Positions 1-11,556 of a stretch of 64,000 nucleotides of DNA are shown here, in pieces (position 1 is the stretch's first letter; each line of letters starts with the position of its first letter). The stretch lies in assembly GCA_963841435.1 (NCBI GenBank), contig CAWJCS010000003.1, forward strand, positions 640,001 through 704,000. Direction: 5' to 3'. The notes beneath the pieces were generated by a model. It was not told where the DNA came from. It ran no database searches and worked only from the letters and a program-made list of their open reading frames with translations. This DNA is from an uncultured delta proteobacterium (lineage in GTDB: Bacteria; Myxococcota_A; Polyangia; Polyangiales; Polyangiaceae). A program made the position numbers and the translations under genes.

Positions 1-60
1 GAGAATGTGGGAAAGAAGACGGCGCGACGAGGGAAAACCGGCACGAACGAGCGCAGGCAT
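1..60 (-). CDS. 5' end of a gene running off the window (MPALVRAGFPSSRRLLSHIL...)
   Basis: ATG at 60-58 preceded by a GGAGGT Shine-Dalgarno; frame open to the window edge. Confidence 0.5.
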   Translation of the reverse strand, partial: MPALVRAGFPSSRRLLSHIL

Positions 61-169
61 CGAGCAACCTCCGAGCCGCAATCTTGGGAGCCTCGGCGCA
101 ACGTGCCAGCTTGAAAAGAAGCTCGGAAGTCTGGTATCGTAATGATCGTCGGGTGGGAAAGGGTGTCCC

Positions 170-525
170 TAGAATCCGAAGCACGCGACGTGGGTGACGC
201 CCCGGCGTCGTGAACGGGCAGGGCAAGCGCAATCTCGTAAAGGGGCTCGTTCGGAAGCGCGAGGCGCCTGAGCGCTGCGGGTCCGGGAGCGACGAGCGGC
301 GTGCCCGCCGTCATCACCTGCCGCGCGAGTCGCTCACTCGTCGTGGGGACTGGCCCAGGCTGTCCCGGGCAGCCCTTCGCCGAAGCGGAACCGGGTGCGG
401 GCGCTGACGCCGCGCGAACTCGGTGTGGGGCCCGTAGGCGCCGGCACGCAAGACGAGCGTCTGCCCGTCGGGGACACAAATTTCGGCCCCCTGCACCAGG
501 TTCCCGTCAGGCGTGGCGACGGTCC
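170..525 (-). pseudogene. Degraded GAF-domain protein remnant
   Basis: Pieces in different frames, LVQGAEICVPDGQTLVLRAGAYGPHTEFAR / SARTRFRFGEGLPGTAWAS / IALALPVHD, resemble the GEGLPGxAW GAF motif; no start codon. Confidence 0.4.
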
Positions 526-1472
526 GCCGAGGCGCTCGAGGCGCGGACGGTTCCCGTGAGCGCACGCCGCGGAGTCCCAAGCGATCGGCGAAAATCGTCC
601 AGGTCGTCGAGGAGCCTTCCGAGGGTTTTCCGCATGGACACCCGGGCTCGCGCGACGTCCGACATCAGTTCCTTCCCGCGCAGCAAGAGGCGCATACCCT
701 GGGCAACGGCCTGCTTTTCGGCGATGGTGCGCGCGCGCGCCGGATCGGCTTCGAACGTCGCCACCTGCTCGGCCGCGACGACGAACGACGGCCACACGTC
801 GAAGACGTCCGGATCGGTGCCGAGCGTCTCGCACTTGACCTTGGCGGCTCGCGTGAGGGAGCGCACCAGCGGCACCGCGCCCACGAACGACGGCAGCGGG
901 CCGAACGTCTTGTCGAGCTCGTCGCCGAGCCGGTCGATGTCACGCATGGCAAGCGCGATCTTGACGTATCGGCTCCGGTAAAATTCCTCGATGGGGAAAG
1001 CGAACGCCTTGAACGGCTCTCCCCAGAGCTCGTCGATGCCTTCCTCGCCGCTGCGATGCAGCACCAGCTTGCCGAGCTCGAGCGCCTCGGCGAGGTGCTG
1101 CCCACACTGGCGCATCAGGGGGTTGTCGGCGCGGATTGCCACACCGAGCGCCTGGAGCTCGACGAGCTTGGTGAACACGTCCCCGGCCCGATTGAACAGC
1201 GCCCCCGCCAGCATGGCGCCCTTCACGCGCCGGCGAGCGGGATCGGTCTCGGAGTCGTACGCCGCGCGCGCCTCCTCGAGGCGCGTCCCCGGGACGTTGA
1301 GGCCGGGCTCGACATGGTGAAAGAGGCGCCGCGTCAGCGCCTCGATCAGGCGCTTTTTGGCGAACAACGTATCGGCGGGGACCTCGTAGGCCTTGATCCA
1401 GTAGCCGTCGTAAAAAACTCGCAGCCGACCTTCGATGACGCGCTCGGTACCGGTCGCGATGTCGTGGTCCAT
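507..1472 (-). CDS. Hypothetical protein (321 aa, probably helical)
   Basis: Long ORF with protein-like composition, high GC3 and a GGAG RBS. Confidence 0.8.
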   Translation of the reverse strand: MDHDIATGTERVIEGRLRVFYDGYWIKAYEVPADTLFAKKRLIEALTRRLFHHVEPGLNVPGTRLEEARAAYDSETDPARRRVKGAMLAGALFNRAGDVFTKLVELQALGVAIRADNPLMRQCGQHLAEALELGKLVLHRSGEEGIDELWGEPFKAFAFPIEEFYRSRYVKIALAMRDIDRLGDELDKTFGPLPSFVGAVPLVRSLTRAAKVKCETLGTDPDVFDVWPSFVVAAEQVATFEADPARARTIAEKQAVAQGMRLLLRGKELMSDVARARVSMRKTLGRLLDDLDDFRRSLGTPRRALTGTVRASSASADRRHA

Positions 1473-1682
1473 GGTGGAGGCTCCGGGTAGGTTCAGTGAA
1501 AGCTTGCGGGGAGCCTACCCGAGGAGTGACACGCGAGCACAGGGGAGGAACGGGACATTCGTCGCCCGAACGAGCAGCCGCAGCGTCGGGACGCGCACGA
1601 AGTGCGCTGGCGCAACGTTCGACGCGAGGCGCGCCGAAACGTCTTCGAAACGGGAGCTGAAGCGGGGAGCGAGAGCCCGAGC

Positions 1683-2123
1683 TCAGGGGGAAAGCCACGG
1701 GCGCTGGGTCTCGCGGGTCATCCAGCGCTCGGGGTGCGCGAGCGGGCCGAAGCCGAGCGGCGCGTACACGCCCTCGGCGTCGAGCGTCACGAGCGCCCAC
1801 TTCGTGACGAGCGCAAGATCCGGGTGCTCGAGAGCCGAGCGCACGAGCGCGCGTCCGAGCCCGCGACCCCGATGCGCCGCGTTGACGTAGACGTCCATCA
1901 AGAAGGCGAAGCGCGTCCGATTGGAGACGACACGCAGGCACCCGACCTGGAGCTGGGCGGCGAAGGCACCGACGACGAGCGACGAATTCCGAAATCCGCG
2001 CTCGACCTCGACGCGGCTGATGCCCGGCGTCCAGTAGGCATCCGCGAGGAACCGCTGGCAGGTCGCGAAATCGAAGCGCTCGAGAGCGTCGTCGAGATCG
2101 TACACGTCGTATCGGGTGCGCAT
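1683..2123 (-). CDS. GNAT family N-acetyltransferase
   Basis: FAFLMDVYVNAAHRGRGLGRALV acetyl-CoA motif A; YAPLGF motif B. Confidence 0.9.
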   Translation of the reverse strand: MRTRYDVYDLDDALERFDFATCQRFLADAYWTPGISRVEVERGFRNSSLVVGAFAAQLQVGCLRVVSNRTRFAFLMDVYVNAAHRGRGLGRALVRSALEHPDLALVTKWALVTLDAEGVYAPLGFGPLAHPERWMTRETQRPWLSP

Positions 2124-2395
2124 CGTTCGTCGATGCCGTGGCGAGTCCCACGCGACCAGGGTCAGTGAGACGAAATTGACTGGTACAGACGCGTGACGGG
2201 TCGCTGACGCGTGGGGCGTTCACGTGCCGAGCGCGGCGGCAAGGGACTCGTGCTTGCGCGTCGCGCGGAACAGATGGCGTCGCCGCATCGCGTACGCAAG
2301 CGCGCCACCAATTCCTTGCCGCAATCTCACATCCGGCCCGAGCGCGCAGCGATACACGGCAGCGGACGCCCAGGTGGCGTCCAAGGAGGATCACC

Positions 2396-3800
2396 ATGCG
2401 TTTCCAGACAATCTCTTCACTGTCCCTTTTGATCGCTGTCTCGGCTTGCTCGAGCTACGACGGCTCCGGCACTGGGACGACCGTCGCCGACGAAGGCGTC
2501 TCGACGGCTTCGGAAGCCGTGAGCCGGAGGACCGGCTTCGGCTTCGGCGCCGTCAGAAGCTCCACGGATTCGGTCGACGCCGCGACGGCCGACGCGGATC
2601 CGCGCAGCCTCATCACGGTGGGTCGCGGACTCAGCGTCCGCGTGATCTCCGCCGACCCCGCCCTGGGTGCCAACACGGATCAGATGGCGCTCTGGCCGAA
2701 CGACGAGCACCCCACTCACCTGATCGTCGTGAACGAGCAGGGCACGACTTTGCCGGGGGTCCAGCGCATCCGCCTGTCGGACGGCTCGGTGGAGACGATC
2801 CTCACCGGGTTCACGTCGGGCGACCCGCTGCACCGCACGCCCTGGGGCACGATCCTCGCCGGCGAGGAGGGTGGCACGACCGGACAGATGGTGGAGATCA
2901 TCGACCCGCTCGAGACCACGGGTGTGAGCTACGATCGCGTCACTGGCATCGCGAGCGGCGGAGTCGGGGCCCAGAACGTCGTGGCGCGCTGGGCGCTCGG
3001 TCGCCTCTCGTTCGAGGGTCTCGGCATCCTGCCGAGCGGCGTCGTCTACTACGGTGACGAGCTTCGTCCGGGCGGCGGTGCCGGCGGTGGCGCGTACTAC
3101 AAGTTCGTGCCGACGAATCCGCATGTCGGCAACGACCGCATCCACGATTCTCGCGGACTCTCCGCTCGCCGCTGGTCAGGTCTACGGGCTGAAGCTCAGC
3201 ACGGGCTCGAACAACGGCCAGGGCAACAACACGGGCCTCGGCGTCTGGGTGCCCGTGCCGAGCTCCAACAACGCAAACCTCCGTGCCGCGACCGTTGGCC
3301 TCGGCCTCGCGGGCTTCTATCGCCCGGAAGACGCCGCGGTCGACGGGAAGGCACTCGACGCCGGCTTCGTGCGCGTGTGCGGGAACAACACGGGCAACGA
3401 GGACGACAAGAACTACGGCGAGACCATCTGCATCAACGACGGTCCGGTCGCGGAGGCGACGACGAACGCGACGAACCCCGAGCTGCAGCCGTTCGTGGTC
3501 GGAAACCCCGAGCTCGCGATGCCCGACAACATTGCGTACAACGACCGGCGCGACATCTGGGCGCTTCAGGAGGACGGCGAGGGCCCGTCGGTGGGCCGGA
3601 ACAACGACATCTGGGCCTGCTCGCAGGACGGTGCCGACTTCGACCTGCTCGCGGACGACTGCGTGCGGTTCGCGACACTGAACGACCTGAACGCCGAGTT
3701 GACGGGCGGCCTATTCGACGGTGACGGCAAGCGCTACTATCTCAGCATCCAACACAACGTCACCGGGCACGGCGTCGTGCTCGAGATCAGCGGGTTCTGA
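2396..3800 (+). CDS. phoX: PhoX-type alkaline phosphatase (DUF839) lipoprotein, one frameshift at ~3148
   Basis: AGGAGG RBS, lipobox VSAC, TPWGTILAGEE, LGRLSFEG, RPED, MPDNI, QEDG; ORFs 2396..3724 and 3054..3800 join (HDLADSP) on removing one T at 3148-3149. Confidence 0.8.
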
Positions 3801-3815
3801 GCCCTGCCTTGCTTC

Positions 3816-3866
3816 GAAGCGCGGCCGCGCCCCGGGGGGGGGGAACGAGGGGTGCAGCCGCGCTTC
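3816..3866 (+). terminator. GC-rich stem-loop after phoX
   Basis: GAAGCGCGGCCGCGCCCC...GGGGTGCAGCCGCGCTTC inverted repeat. Confidence 0.45.
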
Positions 3867-3915
3867 GGCCTTGAAGGAGCCGAATTGGCGCCTGGGTCCG
3901 AGGTCTGCTAGTAAT

Positions 3916-4115
3916 TCGCCCGTCGTGAACCGACCGGCGAGCGTGCTCGCTGCTGGCCCCGACCTTTGGGGCCATCCGGAAGCGCAGCTATTTCAGCGCC
4001 AACGGTACGGTTCGCGGCAAAGCGGTGCCCCGCTTCGTGGGGAACCGGAGCGGCTCGTCCACCCGCGGCGGTACGGACGAGCTTCGAACCCGCCCCATTT
4101 CGGGGCGTGCCGCGA
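3916..4115 (+). promoter_or_regulatory. Highly structured 5' leader of the DEAD-box helicase
   Basis: Several hairpins plus closing stem TCGCGGCA (4012-4019)/TGCCGCGA (4108-4115). Confidence 0.45.
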
Positions 4116-4135
4116 GAGAGTTACCAGTAATTTCT

Positions 4136-5443
<1,308 letters not shown>

Positions 5444-5521
5444 GCTTCGCGACGCCTCCGTCGGCCCGTGCTCGCGCATCGGGTCGGCGGTAGCGACGAG
5501 CAACCGCCGTGTGCTGGCGCG

Positions 5522-7576
5522 TCAGCTCGAGCGAAACCCGATGCGAGCGTGCGTCCCGTCGCAGAACGGCTTCGTCGCGCTGCCGCCGCAGCGGCAAAGA
5601 CGCGCCCGCGACACGCGCGCGACCACGCGCCCCGTGCCGCTCGTGATCTCGAGGTTGCCGCGCACGACGAGCGGCCCGTCGATCTCGGGGTTAACGGCGA
5701 GCGGGCCGTCGCGCACCTCGAGCATGGCGGTCTTCTCCCCGGTCGGCGGCTCGCCCGTCGCCGCGAACCCGGCGTCATGGTGCGAGCCGTCGCAGTACGG
5801 CTTGTTCTTCGAAGCCCCGCAACGACAAAGCGTCGCACGGTGGCCACGGCTCTCGCCGTCGATGCGCAGATCGCCGCGAAACGCGTACGGCCCCGCCTCG
5901 CGCGTCGCGACGAGGTTCACGGGGGGCGGGGCTTCGTCGGGGTGCCCGTCCTTCCTGCGATAACGAATCGCTCCGGACGGGCAAGCGTGCGCAATGCCGA
6001 CGAGCGTCTCAACGTCGACGGCGTCGGGCACGATCCAGGGGCCCGGCACGTTGGCGAGGAACACGCGCGGGGCTCCCGTCACGCAAAAGCGAGAATGGAT
6101 GCACTTTTTGCCCTCGTAGAGCAGCGTGAGCTGCCTGCCCTCGATCTGATCGACGCCGCCGACCCGGACGGGCACGGGCGGGACGAGCGGCGCGGAGGCT
6201 TGCGTGCCGTGGGTCGCCGGCGTGACGGGAGCTTCTGGCGCGGGTGTCGGCGCGCCGGGCGGAGGTGTGCTCGGCGGACGACCAGGTGGCGGCGACGACG
6301 CTGGAGCCGGCCGGGAGTCGGCAGTGAGCGCCAGCCCACGCCGTGCGCGCTGCTCGAGGTCACCGAGAATGCGCGCCGCCCGTGCGAGCCTCGGGTCACG
6401 CTCGGGACCGAGCCCGCGCGCCGCGTTCGCCATCTCCGCGAGGCGCTCGCCGAAGAAACGCCACGCGCTCGCTCCGCGCGGCAGCGGCGCTGCGTCTCGC
6501 AGCGCCGTGAACGACATGCCGGCGTTCACGCCCGGATGCGACGGTCCCGCGGGCAGGCGCGCCGCGCGCTCACCGAGCGCCGCAACGGCGCGCATCAGCC
6601 CGAGCGAGAGGTCGAGAACGAGCGTTTTCTCCGGCAGCGGGCGCGGCACGACGTAGGAATAGGCGAGCAAGCGCAGCATGAGCGCATAGCCCGCATTCGC
6701 GAGATCCACCGTGTCCCACGCCTCCTCGTTCTCGATCCACACGCGATCTTCGGATCGCATCGGTCGCCGGAGCACGGGGTTTCTCGCAACCGGATGAGTC
6801 GGGGAAAAATCGGAATTGGCCGCGCGTCGGGCTCGCAGCTCGGCTTGAAGGGCGCGGTAACGCCGAAAGTGCGAGTCCCCCTGATGCTCCGGAGCCCCCT
6901 CGCCTTGCTCGACGATGGCAGCAAACGCCGAAAGCGCCGTCTTCGAGCAAATGACCGGTTCGGCGACCGCGAGCTCCATGTCCTCGGACGAGATCTGCAG
7001 CGCAGGGTCGCCCGAGAACGCGAGACGCTCGCCATGGTGATCGACGAAGGCACGCAGGCTCGAGCCTAGACAGCCGTAGAAGGTGCCCACCGTCTCGTAG
7101 TCGACCGCCATGGGCACGAGACGCACGCGCGACGAGTTGCGCTCGAACAACAGCGTCGGCTCGAAGCCCGATCCCTCCGGTTCGTTCGACCCCTCGGGGC
7201 GCTCGAGATGGATGAAGTGCTGGAGCGAGGCCTCGTCGAAAGGAGCCAGCTTGACGACGAGCCGGGCCGGCAGCGCACCCGGATCGAGCGGGAAGTTCCC
7301 GCGCCCGAAGCGCGGCGCACCGCCGAGCGCGGCCGTGATGTTCCAGACCGCCGTGAGGTGCGCCATCTCTTCGACCGCGACCCGCATGATGGTGGCGCGG
7401 AAGGCCTCGACGGCGGTCGCTTCCCCCGGCGAGAGCCCCTCCTCCACGCCGCGCTTGAGGCCGAAGGCGGCATAGAGGTAAGTGCACATCAGCGTGTGCT
7501 CGAGCTCCGCCGCCTCGTACAGCATGTGCACGAGATGCTCGCGGCTCGGCGTCGGTGCGTTGCTTGGTGCGTTCAC
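5522..7576 (-). CDS. Ferritin-like (VioB-type) domain fused to a divergent Fe-S ferredoxin domain and two CDGSH 2Fe-2S domains
   Basis: ELEHTLMCTYLY, EEMAHL, EQGEG, SHF; CIHSRFC...CPSGA; CRCGASKNKPYCDGSH; CRCGGSATKPFCDGTH. Confidence 0.85.
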   Translation of the reverse strand: MNAPSNAPTPSREHLVHMLYEAAELEHTLMCTYLYAAFGLKRGVEEGLSPGEATAVEAFRATIMRVAVEEMAHLTAVWNITAALGGAPRFGRGNFPLDPGALPARLVVKLAPFDEASLQHFIHLERPEGSNEPEGSGFEPTLLFERNSSRVRLVPMAVDYETVGTFYGCLGSSLRAFVDHHGERLAFSGDPALQISSEDMELAVAEPVICSKTALSAFAAIVEQGEGAPEHQGDSHFRRYRALQAELRARRAANSDFSPTHPVARNPVLRRPMRSEDRVWIENEEAWDTVDLANAGYALMLRLLAYSYVVPRPLPEKTLVLDLSLGLMRAVAALGERAARLPAGPSHPGVNAGMSFTALRDAAPLPRGASAWRFFGERLAEMANAARGLGPERDPRLARAARILGDLEQRARRGLALTADSRPAPASSPPPGRPPSTPPPGAPTPAPEAPVTPATHGTQASAPLVPPVPVRVGGVDQIEGRQLTLLYEGKKCIHSRFCVTGAPRVFLANVPGPWIVPDAVDVETLVGIAHACPSGAIRYRRKDGHPDEAPPPVNLVATREAGPYAFRGDLRIDGESRGHRATLCRCGASKNKPYCDGSHHDAGFAATGEPPTGEKTAMLEVRDGPLAVNPEIDGPLVVRGNLEITSGTGRVVARVSRARLCRCGGSATKPFCDGTHARIGFRSS

Positions 7577-7764
7577 GCCCGGGCTCTAGCACCTCCCGTC
7601 CGCGGCGACCGCCTGCCCTAACCTTCCTTCTTGCGCTGGAAGCGGCGACCCCAGGCCGACCTCGCGCTCTCGGGAGCCGGAGCGAGGCGGCCACGAAGCG
7701 AAACTCCCCCTGGCCTCGCGGCGCGCTCCCGCCACGTCACCTTTCATGAGCAGCGACTCGGCGT

Positions 7765-7866
7765 GGCCAGACCCAGGCGGCGCGCATGCTGGGCATGACG
7801 CGCCGTGCGCTCAGCACGCGCCTGGAGCGCTACGGCATGCCGCGCCCGCGCAAGCGCCTACCCTAA
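7765..7866 (+). pseudogene. Orphan Fis-type HTH C-terminus of a sigma54 enhancer-binding protein
   Basis: GQTQAARMLGMTRRALSTRLERYGMPRPRKRLP*; in-frame stop at 7747 upstream. Confidence 0.6.
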
Positions 7867-7897
7867 CGCTGAGCGGGCGCACCCGGGATGCCCGGGG

Positions 7898-9365
7898 TCA
7901 CAGTCGGCTCGCGTAGGCGGTCTTCATCTGGTCGTAAAGTGCGAGATCGGGCTGCGCATTGTAGTTGCTGCCCGAGCGACGCAAGAGGTCGTGCCCGGTG
8001 TTCCACGGACCTTGGGCTGTCGGCTCCCAGTTGAACGTGCCGATACCTTGCTCGTTCGGCAGATTGAACATGATGTCGTTCGCGGCGCGCTGCTCGGGTC
8101 CGTACTCGGCGATGAAGAACTTCAGGTCGGGGAACTGGGTCGCGAGCGCCGTAAAGGTCAACTCCCACGCCGGGGGCTGCCCCTGGTAGGCCGTGTAGCA
8201 AGATTCGCCGAACGCATCGAACACGACGCCCTGATTGCCGGCGTTGGTGATGAAGCTGCGACTCGAGCTCAGATCGTTTCCACGATCGATATGCAACGAG
8301 GTCAGGATGTTCGGGTCCACGTCCATGACGCCCTTCACGCCCGCCTTGAGCAGCATGCCGAGGTTCGTCCAATTGCTGATGGACCCGGTGACGGGGTTGT
8401 TGCCCGTGGGTTGCCCGCCGCTGTTGCAGCGGTGAATCAACATGCCGGGCGTGATCTCGTTGCCGATCTGCACCATGTCGGGGCGCGCGCCGGCGGCGAT
8501 GAGCTGGGTGATGGCGTCCTTGGTGTAGTCGTAGACGGCGGTCGCCAGCTGGTCGATCGTCGTGTAGCTCTGCCACGCGACGGGGACGCATTGCTTACCC
8601 GGATCCGCCCAGTTGTCGCTGTAGTGAAAGTCGAGCAAAAAGCCCATGCCGGCGTCCTTGATTTGTTTGCCGAAGGACGCGGTGTGAGGAACGTCGGCGT
8701 AGCCGTTCTGCTTGTCGTACCCGTCGGACGCCTTCGGGTCCACGAAGGTGCGAAGCCGGATGTAGTTGAATCCGTGCTGCTTCATGGTCGTGAGCAGGTT
8801 CGCGCGCGTCGCGTCGGGCGCGGACTCCTGATCCGTCACGTCGGCGCCGATGTAGAAGGAGAAGGGCAGCGAGCTGGTCTTGCCGCCCGTCCCGCCGGCG
8901 CCGCTCGAATCCAGAGCCGCCACCCGCGCCACCCGCGCCGCTCGCGCCCCCCGACCCCGAGCTGCCGGCAGCGCCCGCCATCGAGCCCCCCGCGCCGGCG
9001 CCCGCTCCCGCAGCGCCGGCCATCGCGCCGCCGGCGCCGGCACCGCCAGCGCCGGCGCCGCCGCCCGCTCCGGAACCACCGCCGCCCGTTCCCGAGCCAC
9101 CACCGGTAGCACCGCCGGAGCTACCGCCAGCTCCGGCGCCACCGCTACCCGCCCCCGACACACCCGCGCCACCGAGCGTGCCGGCAACGCCGGCCATCCC
9201 ACCGGTCGCGGCGCCGGCGCTACCCGCACTCGTGCCACCGCTGCTCGGCAACGCACCCGTGCCCGCGCTGGGCGCAACCTGGGACCCTTCACCCCCCGAG
9301 CATTGAATCAGGGCGGCCGTTGCCATGAAGAGAGCAAGGTGCGGAGCGGATTGTCCAAGGCTCAT
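7898..9365 (-). CDS. GH53 endo-beta-1,4-galactanase with Gly/Ala/Ser linker, probable lipoprotein; frameshift at ~8908
   Basis: LLDFHYSDNWADPGKQ, QIGNEI, IAEYG; N-terminal signal ending in LIQC in frame 8595..9410; frames join on removing one base at 8908-8909. Confidence 0.88.
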
Positions 9366-9613
9366 CTTGTCTGGATGGGTATCGGTGTTCGATCCGGTCG
9401 GAACGATCACGCACTGGGGCGTTCCGACTCGCCCGGCGTCACGCGAGCACTCGGAATTTTACGCCAAAATCGCACTCGGCGCCCGTCGGAGCAACGCCGA
9501 GGCGACGATGACCCTCGCCCACGCTCACGAAACGAGAAGGGGCTCGCCACTGAAGTCACGTGACGACGCCACGGCACCGCCCGCCCGACGCGCGATGACT
9601 CGACGCTGAGACG

Positions 9614-9949
9614 CACGGGCACGAGCTCGGCAACGGACGCTACGTGCTCGAGCGCAAGCCGGATCTGATTGCGTTCTGGACCCCGGTCGGCGGTGACCAG
9701 GCACCCTGGCGGCCCCGCGGACGTTGTCGGCTGAAGCTCGAGACCACGGACGGGGCCGTCGCCACGGTGACGCTGAGCCCGACCTGCCCCGGCGTCACCA
9801 CCGTCGACGCTTCGCGCTTTCGCGTCTGCGAAAAGGCCGCAACGCTCGCGGCGAGCGTCGCCCCGCGCAGCGAGAACGAGACGTTCGTGCTGCGCGCGCG
9901 CTTCGAACGCGACGGAGCATCGTCGAGCCGCGCGCGCGGGCACCGTTAA
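9614..9949 (+). pseudogene. Probable C-terminal remnant of a GT-C-like membrane glycosyltransferase
   Basis: HGHELGNGRYVLERKPDLIAF resembles the GHE..G.YVL.R.PD motif; no transmembrane N-terminal part. Confidence 0.35.
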
Positions 9950-9952
9950 AGC

Positions 9953-9985
9953 GGCAAGGCCCCTGGGATGACCAGGGGCCCTGCC
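9953..9985. terminator. Stem-loop between convergent genes
   Basis: GGCAAGGCCCCTGG-gatga-CCAGGGGCCCTGCC. Confidence 0.55.
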
Positions 9986-10026
9986 AATCAAGCTCCGCCC
10001 ATGGGGTGGCGGAGGCTCCTTTGGGG

Positions 10027-11556
10027 CTAGGCCGTCGCGCGCAGCGCGTCGAGCTCGCCCGGATTGGTGATGCCGTTCTCGACCGTGTTCGTGTCGCAAA
10101 CCCCGAACTGCGTGAACGGTTGACCCGTCATCGGGTCACCGCCCATGCCGTTGAGCAACGTCACGAACAGCTTGCTGAGCGGGACCTTCGTCCCCTTGTT
10201 CGACCCGGTGTTGAACGACACCTGGTCGCCGGGGTTCTTGCAGCTCGCCTCGCTGTCGCCGGTGCCGAGCGTTCCGCCGTCCACGTTCACGACTTCGCCC
10301 TGCTTGAGGTAGCCGCCGAGGCTGCCCGCGATCATGATCGGCAGGTTGTTGTTGTTGTGGGCGTTGCCGTCGGCAAGCTCCGGCAGCCAGATGACCGCGG
10401 AGTTGTCGAGCATCGTCTGACCCTCGCCTTCGTTGACGCTGGCGATGAGCTTGACGAGGTCGGTGTACCGACCGGCGTAGAACTGGTCGATCTGGTTGAT
10501 CATGTCGATCACGCCATCGACGCACGTGCCGCTCGTCGCGGCGCTGCCGACGCGATGCGAGAGGCCGTGATGGTCCTTCGTGTGGCCGAGCCAGTCGAAC
10601 GTCACGAAGCCGGGCCACTGCAGGATGATCGACCGGTTGGCGTCGCACATCATGGTGAGCGCGATGAGCTTCATCATCGTGTCACCACCCGCGGTGAACT
10701 GGGTCTCCGTGCTGCCGCCGCCGAAACCGCCGCCGCCGCTCGCCTTCACCTCGTCGGAGGTGATGCCGAGCTGCGTGACGGCATCCTCGTTGCACTGAGC
10801 CGAGACACTGCCAATCTCCGCCTCGCGCAGCAGCGCGAGCCAGTCCGTCACCTTCTTCTGATCGTCGCCGCTCATCGGCAGACGCTGGAAGGTCGAAAGA
10901 TCGTCCTTCACGAGGTCGATGACGCTCTTGCCCTGAGCGACGCGGTAGTCGGCGGGGCTCGGCGTGGCCGTGCTGCCCGTGCCGAACAGACCGGACAGCG
11001 TGTTGTAGACGTTGGAGGCCTTCGTCTCGGGGACGTACGGCTCACCGGCCGCCTTGTACGAGAGGACGGACTTCACGTTGTTGCTCGCGAAGCCGACCGA
11101 CACGACGAGCGGCGTCTTGATGACCGGGTTGAAGAGCTCGGCCATCTGGTGATCCAGCGAACGCTGCATCGCGTAGTGGGAGCCCTCGGGGTCGATGGGC
11201 CCCGCGGTCAGCTTGCTGCCGTTGCCCTGGTCGTGTGGGTCGAAGTACGTGAGCCCGTTGACCTTGACGTTGAAGCCCGCCGGGAACATGGCGAGGCCTC
11301 GCGGGCAAAGCAGCTTGCTCGCGAGGTTCGCCGTGGCGAGCGGCTCGAGGGTCGTCCCCGCGAGCTCGGTGGCGTCGAGCACGCCACTCTCGGTCTTCGG
11401 GAACCAGCGGTTCGTGAGGCAACCGTTCTGCGTGTAGAAGAACACGACACGCTTGGGTGTCGAGGTGTCCGCCTTGGCGGGCTTCTGCAGGGAGGTCAAA
11501 AACGGCGCTGCGAGCGCGGCCCCGCTGACACCTTTCAGGAATATTCTGCGGTTCAT
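10027..11556 (-). CDS. DUF1552 domain protein, Tat-exported
   Basis: MNRRIFLKGVSGAALAAPFL Tat signal; DHHGLSH; TMLDNS...ELADGNAHNNNNLPIMIAG; 4-nt overlap with the upstream gene. Confidence 0.88.
   Translation of the reverse strand: MNRRIFLKGVSGAALAAPFLTSLQKPAKADTSTPKRVVFFYTQNGCLTNRWFPKTESGVLDATELAGTTLEPLATANLASKLLCPRGLAMFPAGFNVKVNGLTYFDPHDQGNGSKLTAGPIDPEGSHYAMQRSLDHQMAELFNPVIKTPLVVSVGFASNNVKSVLSYKAAGEPYVPETKASNVYNTLSGLFGTGSTATPSPADYRVAQGKSVIDLVKDDLSTFQRLPMSGDDQKKVTDWLALLREAEIGSVSAQCNEDAVTQLGITSDEVKASGGGGFGGGSTETQFTAGGDTMMKLIALTMMCDANRSIILQWPGFVTFDWLGHTKDHHGLSHRVGSAATSGTCVDGVIDMINQIDQFYAGRYTDLVKLIASVNEGEGQTMLDNSAVIWLPELADGNAHNNNNLPIMIAGSLGGYLKQGEVVNVDGGTLGTGDSEASCKNPGDQVSFNTGSNKGTKVPLSKLFVTLLNGMGGDPMTGQPFTQFGVCDTNTVENGITNPGELDALRATA

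Noticed and set aside
2124-2395. Pho boxes upstream of the phoX genes
   Set aside because: Only weak GTCA-like half-sites with no convincing 11-bp periodic repeat here or at 17270-17516
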